A DNA stretch of 64,000 bases, from contig CAVPOM010000010.1 in assembly GCA_963707025.1 (NCBI GenBank), positions 160,001-224,000 on the forward strand, given 5' to 3'. Both the position numbers and the translations under genes were made by a program. Origin of the DNA: an uncultured Verrucomicrobiae bacterium. GTDB taxonomy: Bacteria; Verrucomicrobiota; Verrucomicrobiia; Limisphaerales; Palsa-1400. This document shows, in pieces, positions 40,000 through 49,257 of the stretch. How positions within the stretch are numbered: the first letter of the stretch is position 1; each line of letters begins with the position of its first letter. The notes beneath the pieces are model-generated. The model searched no databases. It saw only the letters and a program-made list of their open reading frames with translations, and was not told where the DNA came from.

Positions 40000-40082
40000 T
40001 GGAGTGTGCCGACGGGTCGGCACCGCTTTGCTCTCCGGGAATCGTTCCCAATCCAAAAGCGGGAGCCAGCTCCCGCACTCCA
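40000..40082. repeat. GGAGTG-type REP-like doublet
   Basis: TGGAGTGTGCCGACGGGTCGGCACCGCTTT ... AAAGCGGGAGCCAGCTCCCGCACTCCA. Each arm has its own hairpin. Confidence 0.7.
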
Positions 40083-40107
40083 TAAAAACCGCCCTCATAA
40101 CTAATGA

Positions 40108-40136
40108 AGATTAGCAAATGGAGGTTTCTTTGTCAA
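40108..40136 (-). promoter_or_regulatory. Near-consensus sigma70 promoter reading toward the repeat region and intron
   Basis: TTGACA(40136-40131)-17bp-TAATCT(40113-40108), with TGn extension and an upstream A/T tract. Confidence 0.7.
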
Positions 40137-40269
40137 AGGATATTTTGAAAAAAAGAGGCGGGGCTGGCGCCATCGCCAGGGCCTTGGCGGACAAGGGCTT
40201 GCGCATGAAAGGATCTGCGGAAGGACGATGAGGAAATGCGATTATGCGGCGACCCGTTTATGGCCCTAA

Positions 40270-42564
40270 TCACTTCTTTGGTTGGTTTTGCTCTAGTTTA
40301 TCGAACACTTCAATTACTGGCGCGAGCAATTCTTTGTCAGGTTGAAGCTGTGCTTGCTGGATTGCGCGCAGGTAATCCTGGTACAGGCGACCAATGAGTT
40401 GAGCGAAGCCCGGCGGCCCCTTTTGGAAATGCGGTGTTATCGCCCGGATGCCTTGCGCAAACGTCGCGGCGGCTTGCGCGTGCCGCTCCATTCTGTGGAG
40501 TACTCCACCCCGCACACCGTAAGAAGTCGCCAAGTCCGGCAGGAACGCCTCTGGCCGCGCCATTGCCAATTGCTCATAAATCCGCACCGCCTCCTGCGCC
40601 TTGTCCATCGCCTCCTCGCACCGGCCCAAATCGCTTAAGCTGGTGGCCAGATTGGTTAGTGACTTCGCCAAGTTTGGCAAGAACACGTCTGGCCGCGCTT
40701 TTGCCAGTTGCTCTCGTATCCGAACCGCTTCCTGCGCCTTGTGCAGGGCATCCCCGTGCCGGCCCAAAGCGTTCAACCTGATGGCGAGATTGTTCAGTGA
40801 CGTTGCCACCTCCGGCAGGAAGGCATCTGGCTGGACCTTTGCCAATTGCTCATAAATCCGCGCCGCTTCTTGCGCCTTGTCCAGAGCCTCCTCCCGCCCG
40901 CCCAACTCGCTGAACCGGTTGGCCAGATTACTTAGTGATCCGGCCACGTTCGGCAGGAACGCATCTGGCTGCTCCTTGGCCAATTGCTCATAAATCCGCG
41001 CCGCCTCTTGCGCCTTGTCCAGAGCCTCCTCCGGCCGGCCCAACTCGCTGAACCGGTTGGCCAGATTATTTAATGATCCGGCCACGTTCGGCAGGAACGC
41101 GTCTGGCCGCGCCTTGGCCAATTGCTGATAAATCCGCGCCGCCTCCTGTGCCTTGTCCAGCGCCTCCTCGCGCCTTCCCAAATCGCCCAACCTGTTGGCC
41201 AGATTGTTTGCTGATCCTGCCAAGCTCGCCAGGAACGTGTCTGGCCGGGCCTTGGCCAATTTCTCATAAATTCGCGTTGCCTCCTGCGCCTTGTCCAGCG
41301 CCTCCTCGCGCCGCCCCAAAGCGCTCAACATGCTGGCCAAGTTGTGCAGTGCGGTGGCGAAGCTCGGCAGGAAAGTGTCTGGCCGGGCGTTTGCCAATTG
41401 TTCATCAATCCTCACCGCCTCCTGCGCCTTGAGCAGCGCCTCCTCGCGCTGGCCCAACTCGCTCAACCTGGTCGCCAGATTGTTCAGTGACATCGCCACG
41501 TCCGGGAGGAACGCCTCCGGCTGAGTCTTGGCCAACTGCTCATAAATCCGCGCTGATTCCCGCGCCTTTTCCAGTGCTTCCTCGCGCCGGCCCAAATCGC
41601 TCAACATGTTGGCCAGATTGTTCAGCGACATCGCCACGTCCGGTAGAAACACTTCTGGCTGTGCCTTTGCCAATTGCTCAAAAATCCGCGCTGCCTCCCG
41701 TGCTTTGGCCAGCGCCTCGTCACGGTATCCCAACTCACTCAGAACCATCGCAAGATTATTCAAAACTCCTGCGTGCATGGCGTCGGGCCGAGGCTGTTGT
41801 TTGATTTCCGACGCATCTGCGAGGGAGTTCAATGCCTCGCGCCAGCATGATTCAGCCAATTCTAAACGAGCCTTCTCGTGGAAACCCGCTGCGGCGCGCA
41901 TGAGCAGTTCCGTCCGCTGAAAGGCAAGGTCTTTGCGGTTGGCAAGACGATGAGCCTGTTGCAGCGTGTAATCCGGGTCGCTTGCCGCCTCAACTCCGAT
42001 GAGGGCCTGTTGACTTTGCATTGAAGCTCCCTCTAGGCGGGACTCATCCGGTTCACTTTGCGGCAGCAAGCGCACCACCGTTGAGCGGACGGACCAGAAA
42101 TCCGGGGCGGCCTCGCGAAAGATTTGCTGCAGCCAGGGTTCGCCGACAAAGACCAGAGGAACGGGCAAGGCTTTGAGTATGCGGTTGCGATGCAGATTTA
42201 ATAAGGTGAACATCTTGCCGCAGGCAGCCTTCCAAGCGTCATCGGTGCGGTCGGGGCTCAAGAAGCTTACCCAAACACCGCCGATGCCATCCGGGTTTAG
42301 GCTGAGGAGCTTCTCGCCCAAGCGGATGATTTCCGAGGCGGAAGAGAAATGTATGCGTTCCAAGCGATGGTTGTCCTTTAGGAGGCGTTCCGCCAAGGCT
42401 TGTTCGCAAATCAGCGCCCCCGAAGTCCCAGGCAGGAGGAGGACGAGCAGGGACGAGCCGGCCGCCAACTCGAAATGAGCCTCGAACAGGCGCCAATCTT
42501 CAAAGGCTGCCTCGCCGAAAAAGCGAAGAACCTCGTGATCGGCTGGTGATTCGACCGTGGGCAC
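40270..42564 (-). CDS. Tetratricopeptide-repeat protein: N-terminal alpha/beta (possibly degenerate NTPase-like) domain plus nine 46-aa repeats
   Basis: Repeat consensus LNNLA..LS.LGRREEALDKAQEA.RIYEQLAKA.PDAFLP.VA.S with a 138-bp DNA period. N-domain has LNLHRN...PLVF...AAPDFWSVRS. GTG start 6 bp after the ATPase stop. Confidence 0.9.
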   Translation of the reverse strand: MPTVESPADHEVLRFFGEAAFEDWRLFEAHFELAAGSSLLVLLLPGTSGALICEQALAERLLKDNHRLERIHFSSASEIIRLGEKLLSLNPDGIGGVWVSFLSPDRTDDAWKAACGKMFTLLNLHRNRILKALPVPLVFVGEPWLQQIFREAAPDFWSVRSTVVRLLPQSEPDESRLEGASMQSQQALIGVEAASDPDYTLQQAHRLANRKDLAFQRTELLMRAAAGFHEKARLELAESCWREALNSLADASEIKQQPRPDAMHAGVLNNLAMVLSELGYRDEALAKAREAARIFEQLAKAQPEVFLPDVAMSLNNLANMLSDLGRREEALEKARESARIYEQLAKTQPEAFLPDVAMSLNNLATRLSELGQREEALLKAQEAVRIDEQLANARPDTFLPSFATALHNLASMLSALGRREEALDKAQEATRIYEKLAKARPDTFLASLAGSANNLANRLGDLGRREEALDKAQEAARIYQQLAKARPDAFLPNVAGSLNNLANRFSELGRPEEALDKAQEAARIYEQLAKEQPDAFLPNVAGSLSNLANRFSELGGREEALDKAQEAARIYEQLAKVQPDAFLPEVATSLNNLAIRLNALGRHGDALHKAQEAVRIREQLAKARPDVFLPNLAKSLTNLATSLSDLGRCEEAMDKAQEAVRIYEQLAMARPEAFLPDLATSYGVRGGVLHRMERHAQAAATFAQGIRAITPHFQKGPPGFAQLIGRLYQDYLRAIQQAQLQPDKELLAPVIEVFDKLEQNQPKK

Positions 42565-42570
42565 AAAAAC

Positions 42571-43938
42571 TCATTCCTTTAAATTCAAACGCTGGACAAT
42601 CTTTTTGACCTCATCCCGAATCAAGGGATGAATGTCGTAATAATCGCCGCCATTTGAAAAATACAGCACCAGGTGCTGATTGAGCAAACGACTGATGCGC
42701 GATACTTCCTGCGCACTGCTGTTCCGAAGGCCGGAGTCGCGATGTTCTGCAATGGAAGAAAGCCGTGTGGCGTCCTCTTCCGAAATCGGCAAATATTGTT
42801 CACGAATGCGCTGAATCGCTCCTTCGATTACAGGTTGTGACGCGGGCAGCGTTTCGGTCTGCGTCGAAACTCGGACAAGGACTTCTCGAATCAGGCGAAG
42901 GAGGTCGCGGAAATGGCCCCCGCTCGCTTCGATGAGAGGATCTGCGCAGGGAAGTTCGTGGCCAATCAGCCGGGCAAAACCTTCCTTTTCCAAACGACGT
43001 TCGATGAGATGTCGAACAGCAGTCCAGACCGGCTTGATGCGGGTTCGAGCGGGATCTCTATCCCACAAGCGGAGGGAGGGAAGCAGTTCGATCTCCTGGC
43101 CGTGAAGGACGAAAGGCAGCCAGGGTGGAACCGTATAAATGGCATGGACGAACGGGAGTTTCAGTTTGTCCAAATGTCCAGCAAAGAGGCGTTCAATGCT
43201 GGCGATAACCTCGCTTTCATTGCTGAGGGAACCGCTGATTTGCTCGAGTTGGTCAAAGATGAGCACAATCCTGGCCTCGGCGCCGCACTTTGCCCGCAAC
43301 GCCTTGACGCCTTCTTCGATGAATCGGTTAACTTCCTTCTTCAACTCACCGAGGCGGTTTTCAAGAAACGCCCGGAGCTTTTGGCGGAAGGTGTTGGACT
43401 CCTTCAAAGCTAATTTGAGATCAACACCGCCTTTCAATCCCCCGAGCACGTCCTTTGCAGGATTTTCGGCCTCGATTTTCGCGGTCGCTGCCGTCACCTC
43501 GACGGAAGTTGTTGTGAGGTAGTTTGTAATCCTGGCCCACCACGAGTCCCGCCCGATATCAACTCCGTGACTTGCCTCTGCGCTGTCATTGAACGCGCCG
43601 GCCAAAATCAATAACAAATCCGAAATGTCCAGAGGCTCGGATGGGTTCAAGTAGTCGAGTGCATCCGCATAAAGAACAATCGCCCCATTCTTTTCAAGCT
43701 CCCGCCGCAAACGAAAAAGCTCGGTCGTCTTGCCGGAGCCGTTGAAGCCTGAAAACAATTGCAAACTCTCCGCCCCCGCCCATTCGATTTGATCCCGCAA
43801 ACGGGCAACCGGGTCTTCACAATGACCGCCGGCGTAGATAGGCTGATACCGGGGATCGTCCGGCAGCAATGGTTCGCGTGGATTGCACCGATTAAACAGC
43901 TCTTTGAGCAAGGACTTGTCGGCGGCTGATAATGCCAT
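42571..43938 (-). CDS. P-loop ATPase, AAA+/STAND-like
   Basis: Walker A GFNGSGKTT, Walker B IVLIFDQLEQ, ASGGHFRDLLRL helical motif, C-terminal YYDIHPLI. Confidence 0.9.
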   Translation of the reverse strand: MALSAADKSLLKELFNRCNPREPLLPDDPRYQPIYAGGHCEDPVARLRDQIEWAGAESLQLFSGFNGSGKTTELFRLRRELEKNGAIVLYADALDYLNPSEPLDISDLLLILAGAFNDSAEASHGVDIGRDSWWARITNYLTTTSVEVTAATAKIEAENPAKDVLGGLKGGVDLKLALKESNTFRQKLRAFLENRLGELKKEVNRFIEEGVKALRAKCGAEARIVLIFDQLEQISGSLSNESEVIASIERLFAGHLDKLKLPFVHAIYTVPPWLPFVLHGQEIELLPSLRLWDRDPARTRIKPVWTAVRHLIERRLEKEGFARLIGHELPCADPLIEASGGHFRDLLRLIREVLVRVSTQTETLPASQPVIEGAIQRIREQYLPISEEDATRLSSIAEHRDSGLRNSSAQEVSRISRLLNQHLVLYFSNGGDYYDIHPLIRDEVKKIVQRLNLKE

Positions 43939-44023
43939 GTGCGGGATGATAACAGGAAACTGGCTGGGGTAAAGCCGTTAAAGGCCGAGAATCGCCCGAC
44001 AGCATGCCGTGCCCATCCTCCTC

Positions 44024-46891
44024 CTACCTTTTGTCGCCGCCGCGGCGCTGGGCGCGGCGCTTGGCGTCGAGCAAACGACTCGCGGTGCTCGCCGCCCCCG
44101 GCGCGGGCTTTTTGCCGTCTCCCGGCGGCGGCTCTCCCGCCGCCTGCTTTTTTGCCCCGGCCCCGCCCGGCTCTTCGGCGGCGGTGACTATTTTGTCCGG
44201 CTGGAACAGATCGGGGCTGGGCGGGGCCACCAGGGGCGGTTGCTGGGCGCGCACCTGGCCGCGACGGTTGAGCAAAGCGGCCAGGGAATCGTCCGCCTCC
44301 TTCGGGCGCGGGACGCCTTGCCAGAAGAAAATCCAGCGCCGCAGGGTCGCGATGGCTTTGAGCCATTGCTCCCAGTCCAACTGGATGCGCCGCACGCCCA
44401 CGTCAAGGGGAAAGAGCAAGATGGCCAGGGTCAGGAGCCAATCGCGCAAATCCTGCGGTTGAAAGGTCTTTTGCCGGTCGTGCAAAAACGGACTGTCGGC
44501 GGCCGGATCGAGGACTTTGCCGCCGCCCAATTCGGCCAGGCGGCGCAGGAGGTTCAAGTTGGGCTCGCTGTCGTCGAACTCCGGCGAATAATTGACGCTC
44601 AAGCCCAGGGCCTGGGAGCGCCCCGAGCCGAGGTCGCGCAAGTTCATCAAATAGGCGCCGACGTCCTTGGTCGGAAACCTGGCTTCGTAATGGCCGGGGC
44701 CGGTTTGTTCGAGGCGGACGATTTGGTTTTCGCCCTTGGGGCTGACCACGATGGTATCCAGATTGAGGAAATTGCGGTAATTGCCGCGCGGGTCCACCGC
44801 CTCGACGCTGATGTGGCCCTCGCCTTTTTCGACCGCCACCTCGGTGGTGAAATCGGCGGCCTCGACGCGCCGCAAGCTCCACTGGGCGACCTGCAGCCAG
44901 AACTGGCGGTACTTCTCCCAGCCCAGCCAGTCGGCCGCCCATTTGCCCTTGGCATCGGAAGTCCAGGCCACGGCGCGCCCCAGTCCAAATTGCCAGTGGG
45001 CCAGGAGGGGATCGCCCTTTTGCGTGACCAGGGGAATTTCGGCCCGGGACTTGGGGGTGGTGCAGACATAACCGAGCAACTGGGGATACTCGGCCGGGCC
45101 AATGCCCTTGACCAGTTCGCTGGACATCTGCATCTGCGGCTTGAAGGGCTCCTCGAAGATGGCCGACTTCAAAATCACGCTGGCTTCCTTGATGAAGATC
45201 TGGGGCAGATCGCCCGGTGAATCCACCGGCCAAAACTGGCCGTGACCCTCCGCCGCCAGCCAGCTCATGGTATCGGGCGCGACATGGCCGCCGATCATCA
45301 CCGTGCTGATGGTGATTTTATCGTTGACAATGTCCGAGACCAGGGATTTTTTGGGCGCACCCGGATCGCCGTCGCTGAAGACGACCAGGTGTTTGAGATT
45401 GGCGTGGGAGGCTTTGAGAGCCTGATAGGCCAAATCCATGGGCTGCTGGAAATCCATCATGTCGCCGGGGTTCATGCCGGAAATGAGGCGGCCCATCTCC
45501 TGTTTGTCGCCGACCTTTTCCAGCGGAAAAAGCCAGCGGCCGGTTCCATCCCACAGGATAATGCCCATCTCATCGGCCGGCCCGAGGGCGTCCAGGGCGG
45601 CGAAGGCGATGTCGCGCGCCCAGCCGTTGCCGCCCGGATATTCGGTGGCGTGGCAGACAATGGCCAGGGCGCCGTTGGGCAGGACTTTTTTGCTGCTTAA
45701 CTCCATCTCCACCGGGAGGGTCTCTTCCAGCGGGGTGCCGCGATAGCCGCCCGCGGCGAAGGCCTGGTCGCCGCCCAGGCAGACCAAACCGACCCCGAAA
45801 TCGCGCACGGCGCTTTCCAGCAGGCGCATGGAGTCCAGGCCGAGGTCGCCGGCGGCCATGTTGCACAAGAAAATGGCGTCGTAACTTTGAATTTCGGCCA
45901 GGGTGCCGGGGAAGCGGTCGGCCAGATGCACGTCCAGGGTGCCGGTTTGCAGCGCGGCCAGCAGGGTGGCGTCCTCCTTGGGATTGCTGGAGACGATGAG
46001 CACGCGCGGGTCGCCACGCACGGTGGCGAAGGCGGTGGCGTGATTGTTCTGCGGCACCGCATCGTGCGGGGCCTCGATCTGGGCGTCGTATTTGTAAAAG
46101 CCGGCCTCGGGGAGCGTCTGGGGAAAGGTGAAAAGATTTTTGCCCGCGGCCAGTTCGACCTTCTGTTCGCCCAGATACGTTTCGTTCAGATACAGGCGCA
46201 TGGTGCCGGTTTGGGCCTCGTCGGATTGGACGACAATCTTCACATCGAAGGTGGTTCCCTTTTTCAAGCCGGCAGGCACGCTTAATTTTCGCACCGAGAC
46301 ATCGCTGCCGCGGCTGACCCCCAGGGGCAGGGCGTCCAGCGTCACCCCCAGCGGCCGGGCGGCCGTCAGGGCGGAAAAAGCGTCGCCCACGTTTTCGTTG
46401 CCGTCGGACAAGAGCACCAGGCGTTTCTGGCCGGTTTCGGGAAAGGCGGCCGTGCCCAGGCGGATGGCGCTGGCGATGTCGGTGCGTTGCGAGCCGACCA
46501 CCGCCCGGATGAGGGCCAGGTCAAGCTGCGGGTTGGGGCGGGTCTCAATGGCCGCTTCGCCGCCGAAAACGAGGACGCCGGCCAGGTCGTTGGCTTTCTT
46601 TTCCTTGGCCGATTCCAGCACATATCGGCGTGCCAATTCCTGCTGGTCCGACGGCACGCTCTCCGAGCGGTCCAGCAGGTAGAAAATGGTCATGCCTTCG
46701 ATGGGCCGTTTCCACTGCAAACCGGCCATGGCCAGGGCCAGCGCCAGCACCACCAGCAACCGCAGGGCCAGCGCCGTCCCCTGCCGCCAGGCGCCGATCT
46801 GCACATCGGATTTCCAGGACAGCCAGAGGACCCAGGGCACCGCCGCCAGCAGGGTCAAAAGCCAGATGGGATTGGTGAATTGGAAATTCAT
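44024..46891 (-). CDS. Membrane-anchored VWA-domain / glutamine-amidotransferase-like (DUF1355-type) protein
   Basis: BatA-like N-terminus MNFQFTNPIWL, MIDAS LLDRSES, LVLLSDGNEN, GGDQAFAAGGYRGTPLEETLPV, a second vWA-like region, and PLLAHWQFGLGRAVAWTSD. Confidence 0.88.
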   Translation of the reverse strand: MNFQFTNPIWLLTLLAAVPWVLWLSWKSDVQIGAWRQGTALALRLLVVLALALAMAGLQWKRPIEGMTIFYLLDRSESVPSDQQELARRYVLESAKEKKANDLAGVLVFGGEAAIETRPNPQLDLALIRAVVGSQRTDIASAIRLGTAAFPETGQKRLVLLSDGNENVGDAFSALTAARPLGVTLDALPLGVSRGSDVSVRKLSVPAGLKKGTTFDVKIVVQSDEAQTGTMRLYLNETYLGEQKVELAAGKNLFTFPQTLPEAGFYKYDAQIEAPHDAVPQNNHATAFATVRGDPRVLIVSSNPKEDATLLAALQTGTLDVHLADRFPGTLAEIQSYDAIFLCNMAAGDLGLDSMRLLESAVRDFGVGLVCLGGDQAFAAGGYRGTPLEETLPVEMELSSKKVLPNGALAIVCHATEYPGGNGWARDIAFAALDALGPADEMGIILWDGTGRWLFPLEKVGDKQEMGRLISGMNPGDMMDFQQPMDLAYQALKASHANLKHLVVFSDGDPGAPKKSLVSDIVNDKITISTVMIGGHVAPDTMSWLAAEGHGQFWPVDSPGDLPQIFIKEASVILKSAIFEEPFKPQMQMSSELVKGIGPAEYPQLLGYVCTTPKSRAEIPLVTQKGDPLLAHWQFGLGRAVAWTSDAKGKWAADWLGWEKYRQFWLQVAQWSLRRVEAADFTTEVAVEKGEGHISVEAVDPRGNYRNFLNLDTIVVSPKGENQIVRLEQTGPGHYEARFPTKDVGAYLMNLRDLGSGRSQALGLSVNYSPEFDDSEPNLNLLRRLAELGGGKVLDPAADSPFLHDRQKTFQPQDLRDWLLTLAILLFPLDVGVRRIQLDWEQWLKAIATLRRWIFFWQGVPRPKEADDSLAALLNRRGQVRAQQPPLVAPPSPDLFQPDKIVTAAEEPGGAGAKKQAAGEPPPGDGKKPAPGAASTASRLLDAKRRAQRRGGDKR

Positions 46892-46892
46892 C

Positions 46893-49229
46893 TTACGCCC
46901 CCGGCTCCTTGCGCAGGAATTTCTGCACGCGATGGTTGAGCGCGTCGGCCACGTAAAGATTGCCCTTGGAATCCAGCGCGATGCCCCACGGCTCGCTGAA
47001 CTGTCCGGGCGCCCCGCCCGGCCCGCCCAGGATTTCCAGGGGCTGGCCGTGGGCGTCAAAGATCTGGATGCGCTGGTTGCCGAATTCGCAGACGTACTGC
47101 CGCCCCGCCCCATCCACCTGGATGTCGTAAGGATAACTGAGTTCCCCCGCGCCGGAACCGGGTTTGCCATAAGCGCGCAAAAACTTGCCGTCGGCGGAAA
47201 AAACCTGAATGCGCTGGTTGCACGAGTCGGCCACATAAACCCGGTCCTGCGCGTCCAGCGCCAGCCCCTCGGCCCGGTTGAATTGGCCCGGCGCATCCCC
47301 AAACCGCCCCCAACCGCCGGGCAAAGGCCGCCCCTCCGCCGTGAACTTCTGCACCCGCTCGGAGTCGCCGTATTCGCAGACAAAGATTTCGCCGCGGGCG
47401 TTGGCCGCCGCCCCGCGCGGCATGCCGAGCTGGCCGGCGTTGGTCCCCTTGACGCCCCATTGCGCGAGGAGTTTTCCTGCGGTGGAAAAGACATTGATGC
47501 GCGAATAATGCGGCTCAATGACCAGGATGTTGCCGTTGTGATCGCGGCACATCCCCTTGGGCTTGCCCTTGTCGGTCTGCATCATCTGCCAGTCCAACAA
47601 ATAGACGCCGTCCGGGGAAAACTTCTGCACGCGGGCGGTCATGTCCACCACATACAAATTGTCGTCCGCATCCACCGCCACCCCGCGCGGCTTGTTCAAC
47701 TCCCCCACCCCGGTGCCCCGCGTGCCGATGATCTGCACCGCGCCGAACAATTTGCTGCGGATGGGAAAAACCTTCTCCGCGTGAGGCGAACAGCCGGCCG
47801 CTGTCAACAAGACCGCCGCCAGCGCCGCCGCGCGCATGGGCCAGCGCCGCCGCCCGGAGCGGAGGCCGGCCCAGAGTGCCCAGCCGAAAAGAGGCAGCAC
47901 GGCCAGAGCCAGCAGCCCCAAACAGAGGGCGTTGACCTGGGGGTTGTGGCCGTAATGGAGCAAATTAAAAATCCGCAAGGCCATGGTCTGGCCGCCGGGC
48001 GGCACGATCAAGACCAGCGTTTCCACGTCCCATAAACAGAGCAAATAGGTCAGGTACCAGGCCGCGGCCAACTGCGGGGAAATTTGCGGCCAATAAACAT
48101 GGCGCGCCATTTGCCAGAAGGAGGCCCCTTCCAGCCGGGCCGCGTCCGCCAGGCCGCGGTCGGCCGCGCGCACGGCCCGCGCCACCGTCGTCCAACCCAG
48201 CGCCGCATAGCGAAGGGAGTAGGCCAGAACCACCAGGACCCCGCTTTGATAAATAAAATTCAGCCAGGCGCGGTTGAAGATCCAGATCAAGGCAATCCCC
48301 AGCAAAACCCCCGGCGTAAAAAACGGAATCCACAGGGCCCAATCCAGCCGCGCCCGCCATGTCAACAATCCGAACACGATGACCGCCGTCGCCGTCAGCG
48401 CCGCATAGCCCAGGGAATGGGCCAGGTCCGCCCGGCCGGCGGCCAGGGCCGGGGCCAATTGCCGCCAGGTTTTGGCGCTGCCCGCCAGTTGCCAGAGGGG
48501 AATCCCCAGCGAAAACACCGCCAGCAACAGCGCGACCGCCCCGCCCGCCCGGCGCCAGCCCGCGCCCAACTGGCGCCGCATCGCCTGGGCCGCGGGCGCA
48601 TCCGAGCGCCAGGACCAGGCCGGCTCGCGCCGCCGGAAAAAGCTGACCAGCAGGAGCGGCGCCGCGATCAACGGCCAGCTCAGCGCCAGGGCCGCTCCGT
48701 AATCGAAGGTCGTGTTAAACCGCACCCAGATTTCGGCGGGGAAAACCTTCACCTGCAAAAGGGCCGGGACGGCGAAATTGTTCAGCGCCAAAACCAGCGT
48801 GAGAATGGCCCCCTGGATCAGGCTCGTTCGCGCCAGCGGCAGCAAAAGCCAGCGCACCAGCGCCGTGCCGCGCAAGAGCGGGTCAACCTCCAACTGGCTG
48901 GACTGGGCCCGCCGCCACGCCCCCGCCACCAGGAAAAAGGTCACCGGCCATGTCAACAATACCAGGACCCAGACCGTCCCGCCCAGCGAATAGATGTTCC
49001 AAGGCAGCCAGGGCCGCCAGAGGCCATGTTCGCCGAGCAACTCGATCCAGCAATTGACCACCAGGAACGGCGGCAGCGCCAGCGCCACCACCGCCCCGGC
49101 AAAAAAAGCCGGCCGCCAGCGCGCCGCCAGCCCCGCCAGCCAGAGCGCCGCGAAAAAGCCGCCGGCGACCGCGCCCACCGTGGCCGCGCCGCTCACCAGC
49201 AGGCTGTTGCAGACCAGGGGCCAGTTCAT
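46893..49229 (-). CDS. Fusion of an FbpB/ThiP-like ABC importer permease and an NHL-repeat beta-propeller
   Basis: Duplicated permease modules with an EAA-like LADAARLEGAS loop, then NHL repeats (GELNKPRGVAVD...LYVVD; GQFSEPWGIALD..LYVADALNHRVQKF). Confidence 0.88.
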   Translation of the reverse strand: MNWPLVCNSLLVSGAATVGAVAGGFFAALWLAGLAARWRPAFFAGAVVALALPPFLVVNCWIELLGEHGLWRPWLPWNIYSLGGTVWVLVLLTWPVTFFLVAGAWRRAQSSQLEVDPLLRGTALVRWLLLPLARTSLIQGAILTLVLALNNFAVPALLQVKVFPAEIWVRFNTTFDYGAALALSWPLIAAPLLLVSFFRRREPAWSWRSDAPAAQAMRRQLGAGWRRAGGAVALLLAVFSLGIPLWQLAGSAKTWRQLAPALAAGRADLAHSLGYAALTATAVIVFGLLTWRARLDWALWIPFFTPGVLLGIALIWIFNRAWLNFIYQSGVLVVLAYSLRYAALGWTTVARAVRAADRGLADAARLEGASFWQMARHVYWPQISPQLAAAWYLTYLLCLWDVETLVLIVPPGGQTMALRIFNLLHYGHNPQVNALCLGLLALAVLPLFGWALWAGLRSGRRRWPMRAAALAAVLLTAAGCSPHAEKVFPIRSKLFGAVQIIGTRGTGVGELNKPRGVAVDADDNLYVVDMTARVQKFSPDGVYLLDWQMMQTDKGKPKGMCRDHNGNILVIEPHYSRINVFSTAGKLLAQWGVKGTNAGQLGMPRGAAANARGEIFVCEYGDSERVQKFTAEGRPLPGGWGRFGDAPGQFNRAEGLALDAQDRVYVADSCNQRIQVFSADGKFLRAYGKPGSGAGELSYPYDIQVDGAGRQYVCEFGNQRIQIFDAHGQPLEILGGPGGAPGQFSEPWGIALDSKGNLYVADALNHRVQKFLRKEPGA

Positions 49230-49257
49230 GCGCGCCTCTCCCCTCGTTTCATCCCCC

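Noticed and set aside
39685..40098. 137-aa ORF downstream of the 40136 promoter as a real host gene of the intron
   Set aside because: The sequence is translated REP and tandem repeats, and after predicted splicing it gains only HNCEA-stop.
40238..40265. dif/Xer site (CGCATAAT here and across the reconstructed intron junction)
   Set aside because: Only a XerC-arm-like 8-mer; no XerD arm (TTATG) at the 6-bp spacing.
44024..47518. 1164-aa version of the VWA protein
   Set aside because: The first ~209 codons overlap the NHL gene in another frame. The BatA-like start MNFQFTNP at 46891 directly follows the upstream stop.
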